NCBI GenBank assembly: GCA_030141605.1
Contig: JAQGDQ010001200.1
Coordinates: 1 to 55,814, forward strand
DNA length: 55,814 bases
From: Tubiluchus corallicola
Lineage: Eukaryota; Animalia; Priapulida
Direction: 5' to 3'
The notes under the pieces were generated by a model. That model worked only from the letters and a program-made list of their open reading frames with translations. It was not told where the DNA came from and ran no database searches. This document shows, one piece after another, positions 37,966 to 50,000 of this stretch. How positions within the stretch are numbered: the stretch's first letter is position 1; each line of letters starts with the position of its first letter. The translations under genes and the position numbers were made by a program.

Positions 37966-39799
37966 GTAAGTTTGCATAATTTTATTTACCATAACTGTTT
38001 GCCATCAATTTATTTTCGATTTATTATCCTTTTCTATTCATTAGTTTGTTATAATAAATAATTATTTGCTTGCCATGCTGAAATTAGTAAATTCACTATT
38101 TAGGCAGATAGATGATCATTATTTTTGGTCTTTGCCATCCTGTCCTTCTCTATACTTTGTAACTCTATACTATAATATTCTAAAGACAAATAAATTGTTA
38201 TTGTGGTGAAGACAACACTCAATTAATTATAATAATTTATTTAATTAGTAATAACTGAAGCCAGCGTCTTTTTTACCAATGTAATTACTAACGTCGACGG
38301 TAGATGACAGCTCTGATGTTCCAGGGCCTACTGCTGTTAGTCCGTGCTTAAGTGCTGCATAATCATATTGGCAAAGAAATGACAGTTGTCGTTCTTTGGT
38401 ATTACTTTCGTAGTTCGCAACGTTATGTTTGGATATATACTGAATTGAGTAGTTCACAAAAGCTATAGCCAATAAAGTAAAGCACAAAATTACAATTATT
38501 TAACAGACAATTTTACATTATTATTTAGTCTTACATGTTAACCTGTGCCCAAATTATCTTATTGTCAAATGAAGGGTAGCTGACTTGATGGCTTTTTAGT
38601 CAGTTCGCTTCCCTACGTCGTTGACTTTATATTTATCACATTTATTACTCTAATTATGTTTATATTTTTATTACATGCCTACATTCCTAAAATATTATGG
38701 ATAAAAATGAACTTGATTTGATTTGAAAGCTTTTGCAAAAAATAAGTCGTATGATTTTATCAAATCAGTATTTTTGACCCAGCATAATTAATAACATTTT
38801 ATATGAAATTAGTATGGTGAATAGTCAGCCATACAAATGGTGGCGATAAACATAACATACGTTATCGAATCAGCTAGTTAGGTGGTCATGTTTGTAAATT
38901 CATGTTATTCAGTCGACATGATCAGTGTTGATAATTGATTAAGTAGCACAATAATATATTGTAATGTGGCTTTTATTTAATGATGAATGTGGCATATTTA
39001 TTCCGGAAGACTTGATTACACATCATTTATCTGTCTATATGTACGAAATGTTCCACATTTGTTTCCCTGTTCATTTGCAAATAAGGTTCAATGAACATCA
39101 TGCACCTTACTGTCTACAAATGTTGCCAAGCACTTTATTAAATTTACAACCCCAATAATCTTGCATAAACTAGGTGCCCAAGTAAAAATACTCAAGCTAT
39201 CTACAATTTCAAAAAATATCTGAAAACAACCATCATAAATTCATACTAAACATAAATTTGTTGTGCTTCCATGTCTCATCAGAGTCACATTTCCACTTTA
39301 TCATAATCACGTCCACCAACCTTAACCATTTTTTTTTTCACTAATTCATGGCTCCTTAAGAAGCCATGCTTTCAAGAGGAGATATAGTGGAGATGGCCAA
39401 TGATGTACAAAAGCTCGTTAATATTTTAATAATTATGATTTATGACGGTTTTAATTTCATTAATTTTTGCAGTAGGTAATTTGGGTTGACTACTAAATCA
39501 GTGGAAAACTAATTATCTGTTCCTTAGCTTGTTCGTTACCTACAATAATATTTAGAAATTGTTTCTTCCTTGTTATTTAAATGTCTGATTTGTAATTGGC
39601 AAAATGTTGCAATAAACGATATTGGAAACCAGAACTCAATTGTTGCCATTTTTTATTATTGTTAAACTTTGACTGATACTAATTTACTTGTTTTCAGGTT
39701 TTGTAGAAAGCGTCGGGAGTTTCACGATTCAAAGTGCTTTGCTTCTGGATTAACTTTCTTTTAAACCGAGTTCTGGTAATTTAGGCTTAGACATAGACA

Positions 39800-42502
39800 A
39801 TGTTTGCTAAAGTAAAGCCAAAGTTTTTGCCGCTCATTAATTCCATCCAAAAAATGGTATTGTACGAAACAAAGGCTCGATATTATGTTGTTGGGTCAAA
39901 CAATACTGAAACGTTGTTTCGTGTTTTAAAAATTGACAGAACAGAACCAAAGCAGCTGGTTATCGAAGAGGATCAAACTTTCTACACGAAAGAGGAGATC
40001 AGCGACTTATTGCTTATGATTGATGTTGGCAATCAGAAGAAATCGGGACAAAAAGTGTCTAGTTCAACATCTGGGTTGTCTGTGACTTGCTGTGCATTCG
40101 GAATCGTGGGATTTGTGAAATTTCTGGAAGGTTATTACATCATTCTGATAACAAAAAGAAGAAAGGTGGCAGTTTTGGGCCACCATACAATCTTTAAAAT
40201 TGAAGACACCTCAATGATTTACATTCCCAATGAACTGATCAAGCACTCGAATCCTGATGAGCAACGATATTTGAAAATTTTCCAGAGTGTTGACCTTTCG
40301 AGTAACTTTTATTTTAGTTATAGTTATGATCTGACCCACAGCTTGCAGTACAACTGCACGCAACCTCGTTCATTCGGTGATATGGATCGTGCAGACCATA
40401 AGCTAGAGGATACGCTTGCAAATAATAGCTCTTTTACAGCTGCACAACAACCTGCAGAAGAAAAGTCTCTTTTTGGCATTAGAAATAGTCCTTGTTACAA
40501 GTACGTGTGGAACGCATTTCTTGTTACAGAGTACGAAGATAGTGTTGACTCGGATTGGCTATTGTATGTCATTCATGGTTTTGTTGGACAGTCAATGATC
40601 AATATCTATGGCCGCCATCTGTATTTAACATTGATAGCCAGACGATCGAATAAATTTGCCGGAACGCGATTTCTCAAACGTGGCACAAACTGGTCGGGTG
40701 ATGTAGCTAATGAAGTCGAGACTGAACAAATTCTGCATGACGCTTCAGTTCAAACATTTCCTAGTGGTCATTTTACGTCTTTCGTTCAATTTCGTGGCTC
40801 TGTGCCAACATTCTGGTCACAAGATATTGCAAAGATGGTCCCAAAACCTCCGATAGCTGTGGACTTGGCCGACCCTTACTCTGTGGCTGCCGGTAGACAT
40901 TTTAACTGTATCATGAAACAATACGGATCCCCAATTATTGTTCTCAATCTGGTCAAAAAGAAGGAAAATCGACGTCACGAATGTATCCTTCAAGAAGGTT
41001 TCTGTAAAACAGTCGACTATTTGAATCAATTTTTGCCCGTTCAACACAAAATTGTGTACATATCCTTTGACATGGCTCGAGTTAGTAAGAGCAAACATGC
41101 CAATGTTATTAAGCGACTCGATGAGATTGCTGCTTCGTGCTTTAGCAAAACTGGCTTCTTTTTTAATCAACATGAGCTGTACTGCAACAAGTTGTACTCT
41201 AGTCATAATAATACATGTGGTGGCTACAAGACCTCAGGTTTCATCAAACAGACGGGTGTTGTAAGGACGAACTGTGTTGATAATTTGGACCGGACCAACA
41301 CGGCGCAGTTTGTGATTGGTAAATGTGCACTGGCTCATCAACTATACGCGCTTGGCATAATAAAACGGCCTTCAATTGAATATGAGACAGATGCAGTACG
41401 GATTCTAGAATGGTTATATGAAGATCACGGCGACACGTTAGCTCTACAGTACGGCGGCTCTCAACTCGTGCGCCGCATCCAAACCTATCGCAAAGCATCA
41501 CCGTGGTTTACATCTCAGAGCCGTGACATCGTGCAGACGTTATCTCGTTACTACAGCAACACATTTGCGGATGCTGACAAGCAAAGTGCCATTAACCTTT
41601 TTCTCGGTGTATTTAGACCTACAGAAAAGGTGACAAATCTTTGGGATTTGTACACGGACTATTACATCCACCATCCAGAATCTTTAGGTCAGCACACCTG
41701 CCTGCGAAACAGTTATACAGCTTGGTGTGACTTTAATGTTGTTCGTGCTCTTCCGTTACCTTATAGTGAAGAAACTAAGGGTGAGAATGATGCAAAATTT
41801 AAAACCTGCATGTTGTCAAAGAACAGCATGCAGGTAGATAGCTTTTTTGAGTATTATCAACCCTATCAGCTCACGGTGTTTGAAGAGCACTGGGCATTTA
41901 CTCTTGCTAAAGATAGCGTTCCCAGCACACCGGTGAAAGAAAATTATTCTCCCTTTGAAGTTCGCGATCGACGAATGATAAATAGCGGTAAAGTTAACGC
42001 TGGCGTTAGCAGTTCTTTTAGTTCGTCCTCTGAACGTTCGGAGGCTAGTACGAGCAGCAGCGATGATTTAACATCTTCGAGTGAGGAGTTTGATATTGTC
42101 GCCTTTCCTAAGAAAAAGTCGAAGAGCGATTTAGAGATTTTCTCATTTAAGCATCACTTTGGCACGATGAAGGATCAGTATGGCACGGAAATTGTTGAAC
42201 CTGACAAAATGAACATGATGCTTTATCGCAAACATGCCAGCTTTAAAAGGAATGCTGTTTATAGTGACGAACTGCTGCCTCTACCTGGACCAACCAGAGT
42301 CGTAAAGCTGATTAGAAAAAGTGCATTTTCTCTTGATAGTTCACGTCACGTCACGCCTCCCACTGTTAGTAGGCACTCGAAAGACGTGTATCGAGTTTAC
42401 ATCACCCGTGGAAAATTAGGAGCCACCGCTCCATCGCACTCTGCTATTTCTCTGTATGAACAATATGCACGGAAACACAAAGGCACTTTCTTTGCTTCAT
42501 AG
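39800..42502 (+). CDS. FIG4: Polyphosphoinositide phosphatase FIG4 (SAC3), single coding exon, 900 aa
   Basis: Uninterrupted ORF with FIG4 hallmarks: LYETKARYYVVGSN, FRVLKIDRTEP, FYFSYSYDLTHSLQYN, LIARRSNKFAGTRFLKRG, VANEVETEQI, RGSVPTFWSQD, RTNCVDNLDRTN, GDTLALQYGGSQLV, RYYSNTFADADKQSAINLFLG. Confidence 0.97.
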   Translation: MFAKVKPKFLPLINSIQKMVLYETKARYYVVGSNNTETLFRVLKIDRTEPKQLVIEEDQTFYTKEEISDLLLMIDVGNQKKSGQKVSSSTSGLSVTCCAFGIVGFVKFLEGYYIILITKRRKVAVLGHHTIFKIEDTSMIYIPNELIKHSNPDEQRYLKIFQSVDLSSNFYFSYSYDLTHSLQYNCTQPRSFGDMDRADHKLEDTLANNSSFTAAQQPAEEKSLFGIRNSPCYKYVWNAFLVTEYEDSVDSDWLLYVIHGFVGQSMINIYGRHLYLTLIARRSNKFAGTRFLKRGTNWSGDVANEVETEQILHDASVQTFPSGHFTSFVQFRGSVPTFWSQDIAKMVPKPPIAVDLADPYSVAAGRHFNCIMKQYGSPIIVLNLVKKKENRRHECILQEGFCKTVDYLNQFLPVQHKIVYISFDMARVSKSKHANVIKRLDEIAASCFSKTGFFFNQHELYCNKLYSSHNNTCGGYKTSGFIKQTGVVRTNCVDNLDRTNTAQFVIGKCALAHQLYALGIIKRPSIEYETDAVRILEWLYEDHGDTLALQYGGSQLVRRIQTYRKASPWFTSQSRDIVQTLSRYYSNTFADADKQSAINLFLGVFRPTEKVTNLWDLYTDYYIHHPESLGQHTCLRNSYTAWCDFNVVRALPLPYSEETKGENDAKFKTCMLSKNSMQVDSFFEYYQPYQLTVFEEHWAFTLAKDSVPSTPVKENYSPFEVRDRRMINSGKVNAGVSSSFSSSSERSEASTSSSDDLTSSSEEFDIVAFPKKKSKSDLEIFSFKHHFGTMKDQYGTEIVEPDKMNMMLYRKHASFKRNAVYSDELLPLPGPTRVVKLIRKSAFSLDSSRHVTPPTVSRHSKDVYRVYITRGKLGATAPSHSAISLYEQYARKHKGTFFAS

Positions 42503-43119
42503 TTTACTTCATGAATATGAACGCAGTGTTCTATAAATTGTGCGCATGCTCTTGTGTACGCAACATGCGTTCGACTTCGTTTTACCTGAAGAAAAATAAA
42601 AATTCTTTCTGCTAAACCAACGTCAAAACATTAAGTAACTGGTATAATGATAATTAATAATAATATGACATGACGAAATGTGAAGAAATGAAACTTACAT
42701 CTTTGCCGCATACCGGTGACTCACTTCTTTCATATCCTAACTGTGAAATGAGGCCAATGGCCTATTTCCTGTTCTAGCTCACCTGTCTAAACTAGGAAAA
42801 ACAAACACCAGGAGGCACCACGTGCTTATATCCAAAACATCTTGTTTATATAGTTCTCCTTGCAATGCACAAAATTGTGATATTGCACAACTGTATACGT
42901 ATATTTGTTTATATCCTATAGAAAGATTGGCTTTTTGCACATTTTTATCTTGTATCTGTCAGCACCAGTCATTGTCTTTCAGGGTGTTACAGGTTAAATG
43001 CCTAGTTTTTGAACTAAATACTGTATAATGTTCAAAAAAATTCGACAGTTCAGATGATGAAGTTAATAAATAAATACATTTTTAGTAAATGTACCAACTC
43101 TTGTCAGTAAGAATAAGCG

Positions 43120-43485
43120 TTTTCACAGTTTCGTTTTGCGCATGCACAGTTGCTTTAGGTCACCATAGCAATTTATGCGCTTTAACTACAGTCGTCATGT
43201 GACATGTGGGTAAAGCACAGCCTTCTACCGCATCAGTTCGGTAAATCCAGTTGTTTTACGTGAACTTTACTTAATTATGCAGTATTCCGTGCGTAGAGTG
43301 ATTTACTAGCAGGATCTTGCTTGGGAAGATGGAAAATGAACTAGGTAAGGTTCTAGCTGCTAAAATTGTTACTATTACAATCAGCATGGGCTGTGAGGCA
43401 TCGTCAAGTGTACACAAGTGCTTTGTGTGGTACACTTAACCTTTGACCTTTTCGCGAACATCATCAATTGCTGGAACTGTGAAAA
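43120..43485 (+). mobile_element. Interspersed repeat family C, copy 2, between FIG4 and SMYD4
   Basis: Homologous to 30950..31252; bounded by TTTTCACAGTT / AACTGTGAAAA. Confidence 0.7.
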
Positions 43486-43932
43486 GGCTTATTGTTTCTG
43501 CATTATATTATGAATTTAATGTTAATTCGTAGTTTAAGATGTCATTTGGGTTGTCATATTATGCTTGTGTATAAGTATGTGATTTACAGGATTAATGCTT
43601 TAATGAATGCACAGCTATTTTGTGTGTAATTAAGCATGTCTCTGCATCCCTACGACTTCTGTATACAGCTTAATAACTGCAGATGTTAATATAGCAGGAG
43701 TTAATTTTTAGTGTTTATACATTTGCTTGTAGTAATTTTACTGTTAGTCACTGTACATGCTTACACTGTGATTCTCATTGTCAACATACTTTTATTATAG
43801 CAAATAAATAAAGTCAAATCAACCATAACTGTGATGAATTCGATGATATGCGATTTTCAAACTATTTTCGAACATTGTGAAAGTGTAATCAGCACTTGAA
43901 TTTAGTCGTCCGTGATGTGAGCGTGAGCCAAA

Positions 43933-44075
43933 ATGGAACCTGGTGTAACTATCTCATGGCAAAGTGTCTTGGCTAATCTGTTGCAAACTGCCGAGAAGGA
44001 TGGTTTTCTAGAAGATTTTCTTGAATTTGAAAGTGACAAGGATAGGATGAAGTATGTGATGGACAAATATGTGAG
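43933..44075 (+). CDS. SMYD4: SMYD4-like coding exon 1 (acceptor at 43905)
   Basis: gccaaaATGG; MEPGVTISWQSVLANLLQTAEKDGFLEDFLEFESDKDRMKYVMDKYV, donor gttagt. Confidence 0.75.
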
Positions 44076-47000
44076 GTTAGTTAGCCTTTACTGAATATGT
44101 ATTATTTTTAGTTGTTATGTCGATTAAATGATTTAATGTTTTAATTACGAATCATTATTTCATCAGTTTTCATGGTTTTGCTATCTTTAGATTTTGCTGT
44201 TAAGTAACATCCTGCTTCTTTTTCAATGACTGTTTTTGTTTCTGTTAAATTTTGCACATTTATTTTTTAAGCATTTTTCTAGATGTGAGTGCTTTGTAAC
44301 TTAAATCTTTGATCTTTGTAACTTTGAATCTTAAAATCGTATCTTTGAGCATCAAAAAGGTGCTTGCATCTATACATGGCCCCTTATCCTTTGCACAAGA
44401 AGGTACTTGTGTTGCCTTTACAAAAAAACGTGCTGGATCAACCCAAGGTAGCATTTTCATTACAAAGAATGGGTTCCGATAGTAAGTCGTTTTTGTTGCA
44501 GTTGTGAACCTATCAAAAACTGGCTACAATCATTTGACTACACAAAGTACCAGAAAAGTGAATCTGAAGCCAGACGCCTGCGAAACATTGGCAATGATTT
44601 CTTCAGGAAGAAGGATCATGAACTTGCTAAGGAATACTATACCCAGGTATAGGCGCTGTACAGTATTACAGTTGAGTCAACAAAAGTCATACATGTGGCA
44701 TTTAACTGGAGCTCATTCGAGCAACTTCCTTGGCTTTTATAAGGCCATTATGAAGCTGGAATTATTTATTTGACTATAATCTTGTTCACTCTAAGCAAAT
44801 TTAAACATTTAGAGGTTAAATTCTGTTATTCTATCTATTTCAGAGCATTCTGGCTGCACCGGATGACGGAGCAGAATTGGCTCTAGCATACGGAAACCGG
44901 TCTGCTGTTTACTTTGAACTGGATTTGTACGAGGTGTGTTTATTTGAAAATTAGATTTTTGTATACAGGTATACAGCATTCGACATTAGCACTTATGAAG
45001 GTGGTTGTGCTGGTATCGGTACTTATTTCTGTATCAGCACTGAAACTACAGTGGTACGTTGGCTATGTTCTGATGCATGCATTTTTCTTCTACGAGAAGC
45101 AGTTTTGCTAATGGTCACCAGCTCATTTCCTGACCAAGCTTGGTGCTGCCTTACTTCGGTTATAAAATACCAAATTTGTGATTTGAGATTTTGGTTGATT
45201 GGAAAAAGTGTAAAAATCAGGGCTAGTGGGAAACTTTTTAGGTTAGACAATTAACTATGACATTTTGATTGATGTGACTTGCATCTTACTGTTATAAGAC
45301 CAAAAATGGAGCAAACAAAAACACCTCTAAAGATAAACGTGTTTGAAAGGACAAAAAGCTCGACAAACATTGTTTTAAAATCTACGAATAATCTGTGTTT
45401 ATGTAAAGCAGTATTTTCCATACTACTAGGAATTCTTCTTTCTTCTTCCCAGCTTTTCCCTATGCGGGGTCGCCATTGTGAATGAGTTTTCTCCACGCAT
45501 TCCTGTTGTTGACCACCTCTTCATTTATGTTCTTCTCTCTAAGGTCCCCATTAATAACATTCAATCCATCTCCGCTTGGGTCGTCCTCTTCTTCTATTTC
45601 CCAACACCTCCATTTCCATGACCTCCCTTCCCACATGATCTTCACCGACTCTTCTTTTCAGGTGTCCATACCATCGCAATCTTGCGAGGCTTCCATTACT
45701 TTTACTGTTCCTCTAATATTATTATTTCTGATTGTTCCTCCTACTACTAGGAATGTTTGGAAGATATATGTAATGCTCTCTCATGCGGGTATCCACGGAA
45801 TTCGCAACACAGATTGTACCAAAGACAGGCCAAGTGCTACATGAAGAATGCTGTATCTTCGTTGGGAAAAGCTTTGGAGGCGGTGGAGTTGAGCAGTTCG
45901 TTAGAAAGCGGTAAAAAAGGTAAACCGTATTTGATAAAGCATCAGCATAAATATTAGTAACTGCATATAAAGGCCTGTTAGGTCTGATGGCTTAACAACT
46001 CTTGTTGCAATTAAACTTGAAGCTGTTTTTGAGTGCAGCTAAAGATACAGTAAGCTCCACATAACTCAAATCCAACTAGACTGAAAAAAATTTTGAGTTA
46101 GGCGATGTTGACCGCCTCCAGATGGCGAGCTAAATAGAAGGCACAAGATGGATGAATATACACAATCCTGGAGAAAATAATCAGGGGGGGGGGCACAACT
46201 TGTAAGACATCATCAAAATTTTCCCAGAAGACAATACTGTTTTTTAGTTGTACGAAACTTTTTATTTTTCTGGAGTATAAATTGCATTTTTGAGTTAGGC
46301 GAAGTAAATTACATATATTTTGATTAAATGGACCATAATTTTTTTATTTGAGTTAGGCGAAATTTTGAGTTGCGTTTTTCTTGTGGGAAAAACGAAGGAT
46401 TTTATCCGTTCCGCTGAAATTCTTTGAGTTAGGTGAAAATTTGAGTTATGCGATTTTGAGTAAAACGGAGTTCTCTGTATTTCATTCAACATTCTGCTGA
46501 TACTCATTTTCAATAAGGAATACTTTTATGAGCATTACCTAGATGCCCTTTCTTCATGCTGTTGTGAAACTTTTTGATTCATTATCACATGAATATTGAA
46601 ATAAAAGAAACGTGTGTTTGTGTTGACGACAAAATGTACATTTTTTCGTGAGTATCACCCGCCGGTGGCCCGGCAGTTGCGTCTTCGGGAGACTATTATC
46701 GTTTTCTTTTCTTTTGTGAATTAACAAAATGTGCGATGCTGATTTTCCAAAGAAAAGTACAAATAAACATTAGCAAAAAATCATTTGTTGTATCTTAATG
46801 CATATTTTCAGAGAGCATTAAACTGGAATTGACTAACGTTTTGGAGAAATTAAAATCTGAAGTGACAACTAGGTAAATGACTTTTTATTATTAATTTCAT
46901 TTCTTTCTCTTTCTCCAATTTTTCTTTGCCAAATATGCACAAACATTCTTTAGCTTTTGTTTTTCTGTTACGTATGTCTGGTATTGCAGTTTTAGCAACA

Positions 47001-50000
47001 GTTAGCAACAATTTAACAACAATGATAAAAGAAATAGATGATTTGTGCCAATTTTAATACTTTTGTTATTTTAATGGATTTAACCATTTTTCAAGATTAC
47101 CTAACAGCCGAACAGGTTGATTTTCTGTTTTTGCCTTTGTAGCTGTAGATTTGAAAGAAATATTGAGCAACAACAGACGCGTTTAGAACCCTGTGATGGT
47201 TTCCATGACAAAATTTCGGCTGCATCGAAGGCACTAGAAATTAAACAGAGCGAGGCACAGGGACGGTATATTGTGGTAAGAAAATGTACTTAATTATGGT
47301 CCTTTAATTTGCATCATTAGCAGAAGCAGAATTGTTCCGTACATATAAATATGTTACGATTAAAAGGAGTGGGAAAGAGAGAGAAGAGAGAAGGAAAGGA
47401 GACTGTAAAGAGAAAGACAGAAGAAGCAAAGAAAGAGAGAGAGAGAGACCAAGAGGGGAGGGTGTGAGAAAGAGGTAGAGATGTGTAGAATGATGGATGG
47501 AGGGAAGAGAGAGAAGAGAGAAGGAAAGAAGGTTGTAAAGAGAAAGACAGAAGAACAAAGAAAGAGAGAGAGAGAAAGACCGAGAGGAGAGGGTGTGAGA
47601 CAGAGGTAGAGATAGAGGTAGGTCACCTAATAAAACAACTCTATCTTTCCTACGATTGCGATGTGCAGTATGCGCTGTCGCAAAAATTGAATAGAAATGC
47701 ATTTGACTTTGCCATTAGAAATCCAAACTTTTTCAGACAAATCGCAGGATATCTGCTGGAGATGTGCTGTTTGTTGAGAAGCCGTATGCATCACTTTTAC
47801 TGCCTCATCAGTATGCTAACCGTTGCCATAACTGTTACCGTGTCCTCAAACTTACGTATGGGTAAGTATGATTAATTATGTCATTGTTTCTGGGAGTGAG
47901 AACTAAATTCAACCCCTGTGTTTGTACACTATAGCAGCTTGATTACTATTCAACTACCAAATGTAATTAATATGCAATAATGTTTGAGCATAAAATTTCA
48001 TGCAGGGCGTTAACAGTCTCCTAAGTGATTAAGGTTCAATGACTAGATGACCACTGGGCAGTAATGTCCAGCAGACAGTCTCCCGGCATTTATTCACACG
48101 CCAAATCTAATTCTGTCGTCTGTGTGCTTGGCTGAATACGTCCAGTGGGAGACAAAAATTGACACAGGCGTGAAGCAGACATTCCATAGTTAATGCCATA
48201 TTGGCTTTGTTTAAAAATCGGTGATAATTTTAACTGAAATCAAGTTCTGTTTACATAACGTCATCACTTGTGCACTATGTGAAACTAAGTCACACTGTGC
48301 ATGTCACCAAATGTTTAAGATGAAACTAAAGCATCAGTTTTTGAACATGTCATCAAAAACGGAAAACACTGACACTTTTGTTCAATATGAGACATAGGCG
48401 CCATTTAATAGACTCACTTTGGGACGGACGTGTTTTGACCCAATTGACCAACTGGGTCAATTAGCCGAAGGGTTTAGTATATTACTGCTATATAAGCATG
48501 AGTCCTCACTCATCTGCTTACTATGCATTGTAAAGGTTTTAAATGAATTTTAGAAACGAATTAACGTCAAAAATGGCTATGTGCAATTATTTAAGAAACA
48601 TAATTTATATAAGTGAATTAATAAAAAAAATAAAAAACAGCAAAAATCTGATTATTATTTACCATTAAAAATTACAAAAATTCATGCAAGGTCGGTTGTT
48701 TCATTTCTTAACCCTTTCATACCCGTTGTATCCCGTGGGATACGAGAATGTTTTCTGCCTTTTAAATTAACAAAATTTTAAAACTGACAGTTATTTGATC
48801 TGTTAATCGTTATTTCGGTTTGAGCCAATAACAATAGACTAAAAATGGTGATAAAATGGCAAACTAGAAAATGTACATAGCACAAAAAACTGCGCAACGT
48901 ACAGTACTTTAGAGACGACTTTGTACAGATCAGCATAGCGTGCACACTAAATGTCTTAAATACTTTAAAAAATTATCAGCAGTTGCAAAATGAAGCACAT
49001 TTTATGCTTCCATTGAATCCCAATGTATCCCGTGGGATACAGGCTATATTTAGCACGAGGGCACAGGTAGAAAAAAATAATTAGTATGTGTAAACAAGAT
49101 GGACATACTGAACAAAAGTATCAAGCCAAAAGATGTTTTCTTATTAAAAAATAATTTGGGACTGAAAGGGTAAAGGAATAAGTTGGTTTATGAAATCCTC
49201 ATAGTGATAAAAATATTGAAAATCCGTTGCTGTATACAGCACACATTCATGCAGAACACCTAGTCACCTAGTGCTTGAACTGCAGTTGGTGATGACCTTT
49301 TTTCCCCTGCGAAAAGATAGCGGGAACTTCAAAAGCGAACCGCTGGAAAAGTGATTAAATGTTTAACTTCCGGAAACAACAAGGTTAACTGCAGTGGACA
49401 AGTGGGTGACAGATTCAAAACAATCTGCAAAACCGCTATGCTAACATTATTAACATTTTAGCACATATGATAAATATACATACTGTACCTGTTTACAAAC
49501 AAAGCTCTATTTAACATGACTGTTTCTACGCATATTATAGTTCAAAAAATCGATGTAAAAATGACATAAAAGCAGCAAAAGCTCTTTGGTTACACACAAG
49601 TATCTTATTTTAAGTGCGTGAAGTAAAAATATTGAGTCAATTAGGTAGAGTTATTTGACTCATTTACTGACAGTTTTACGTACATTTGAATAGGAGCGGC
49701 CCGTACTAGACATTTTTGAGTCAACTAAGCGACTAAGTCTATTAACCGTGAGTCTAAGAAATGGTACCTACTGTATTGTGTTTGGTATATTGTACACCAG
49801 ACAAATGTGTAACTGTTCTGTAGCTTATGTCTATTTAGAAACAGTGTCTGACTGATATGCCACTTGTGGCATCTACTGTCAGAGGTTGGATGCTGAGCTT
49901 CTGTTTCTGCTCACTTGGGTTTTATATTTGTTTTAGTTGCAGGCATTGTACACAAGTACGATATTGCAGCAAGTCTTGTAGAGACGCAGCGTGGGGCGTC

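Noticed and set aside
37963-39802. N-terminal extension of FIG4 from the ATG at 37963
   Set aside because: In-frame TAG codons follow both candidate acceptors (39697 and 39706) before the ATG at 39800.
40416-41501. Short ORFs overlapping FIG4 on other frames or the opposite strand
   Set aside because: They are shadow ORFs of a well-conserved CDS.
47304-47702. Leu/Ser/Phe-rich minus-strand ORFs resembling membrane proteins
   Set aside because: They are translations of the GA-rich intronic tract.
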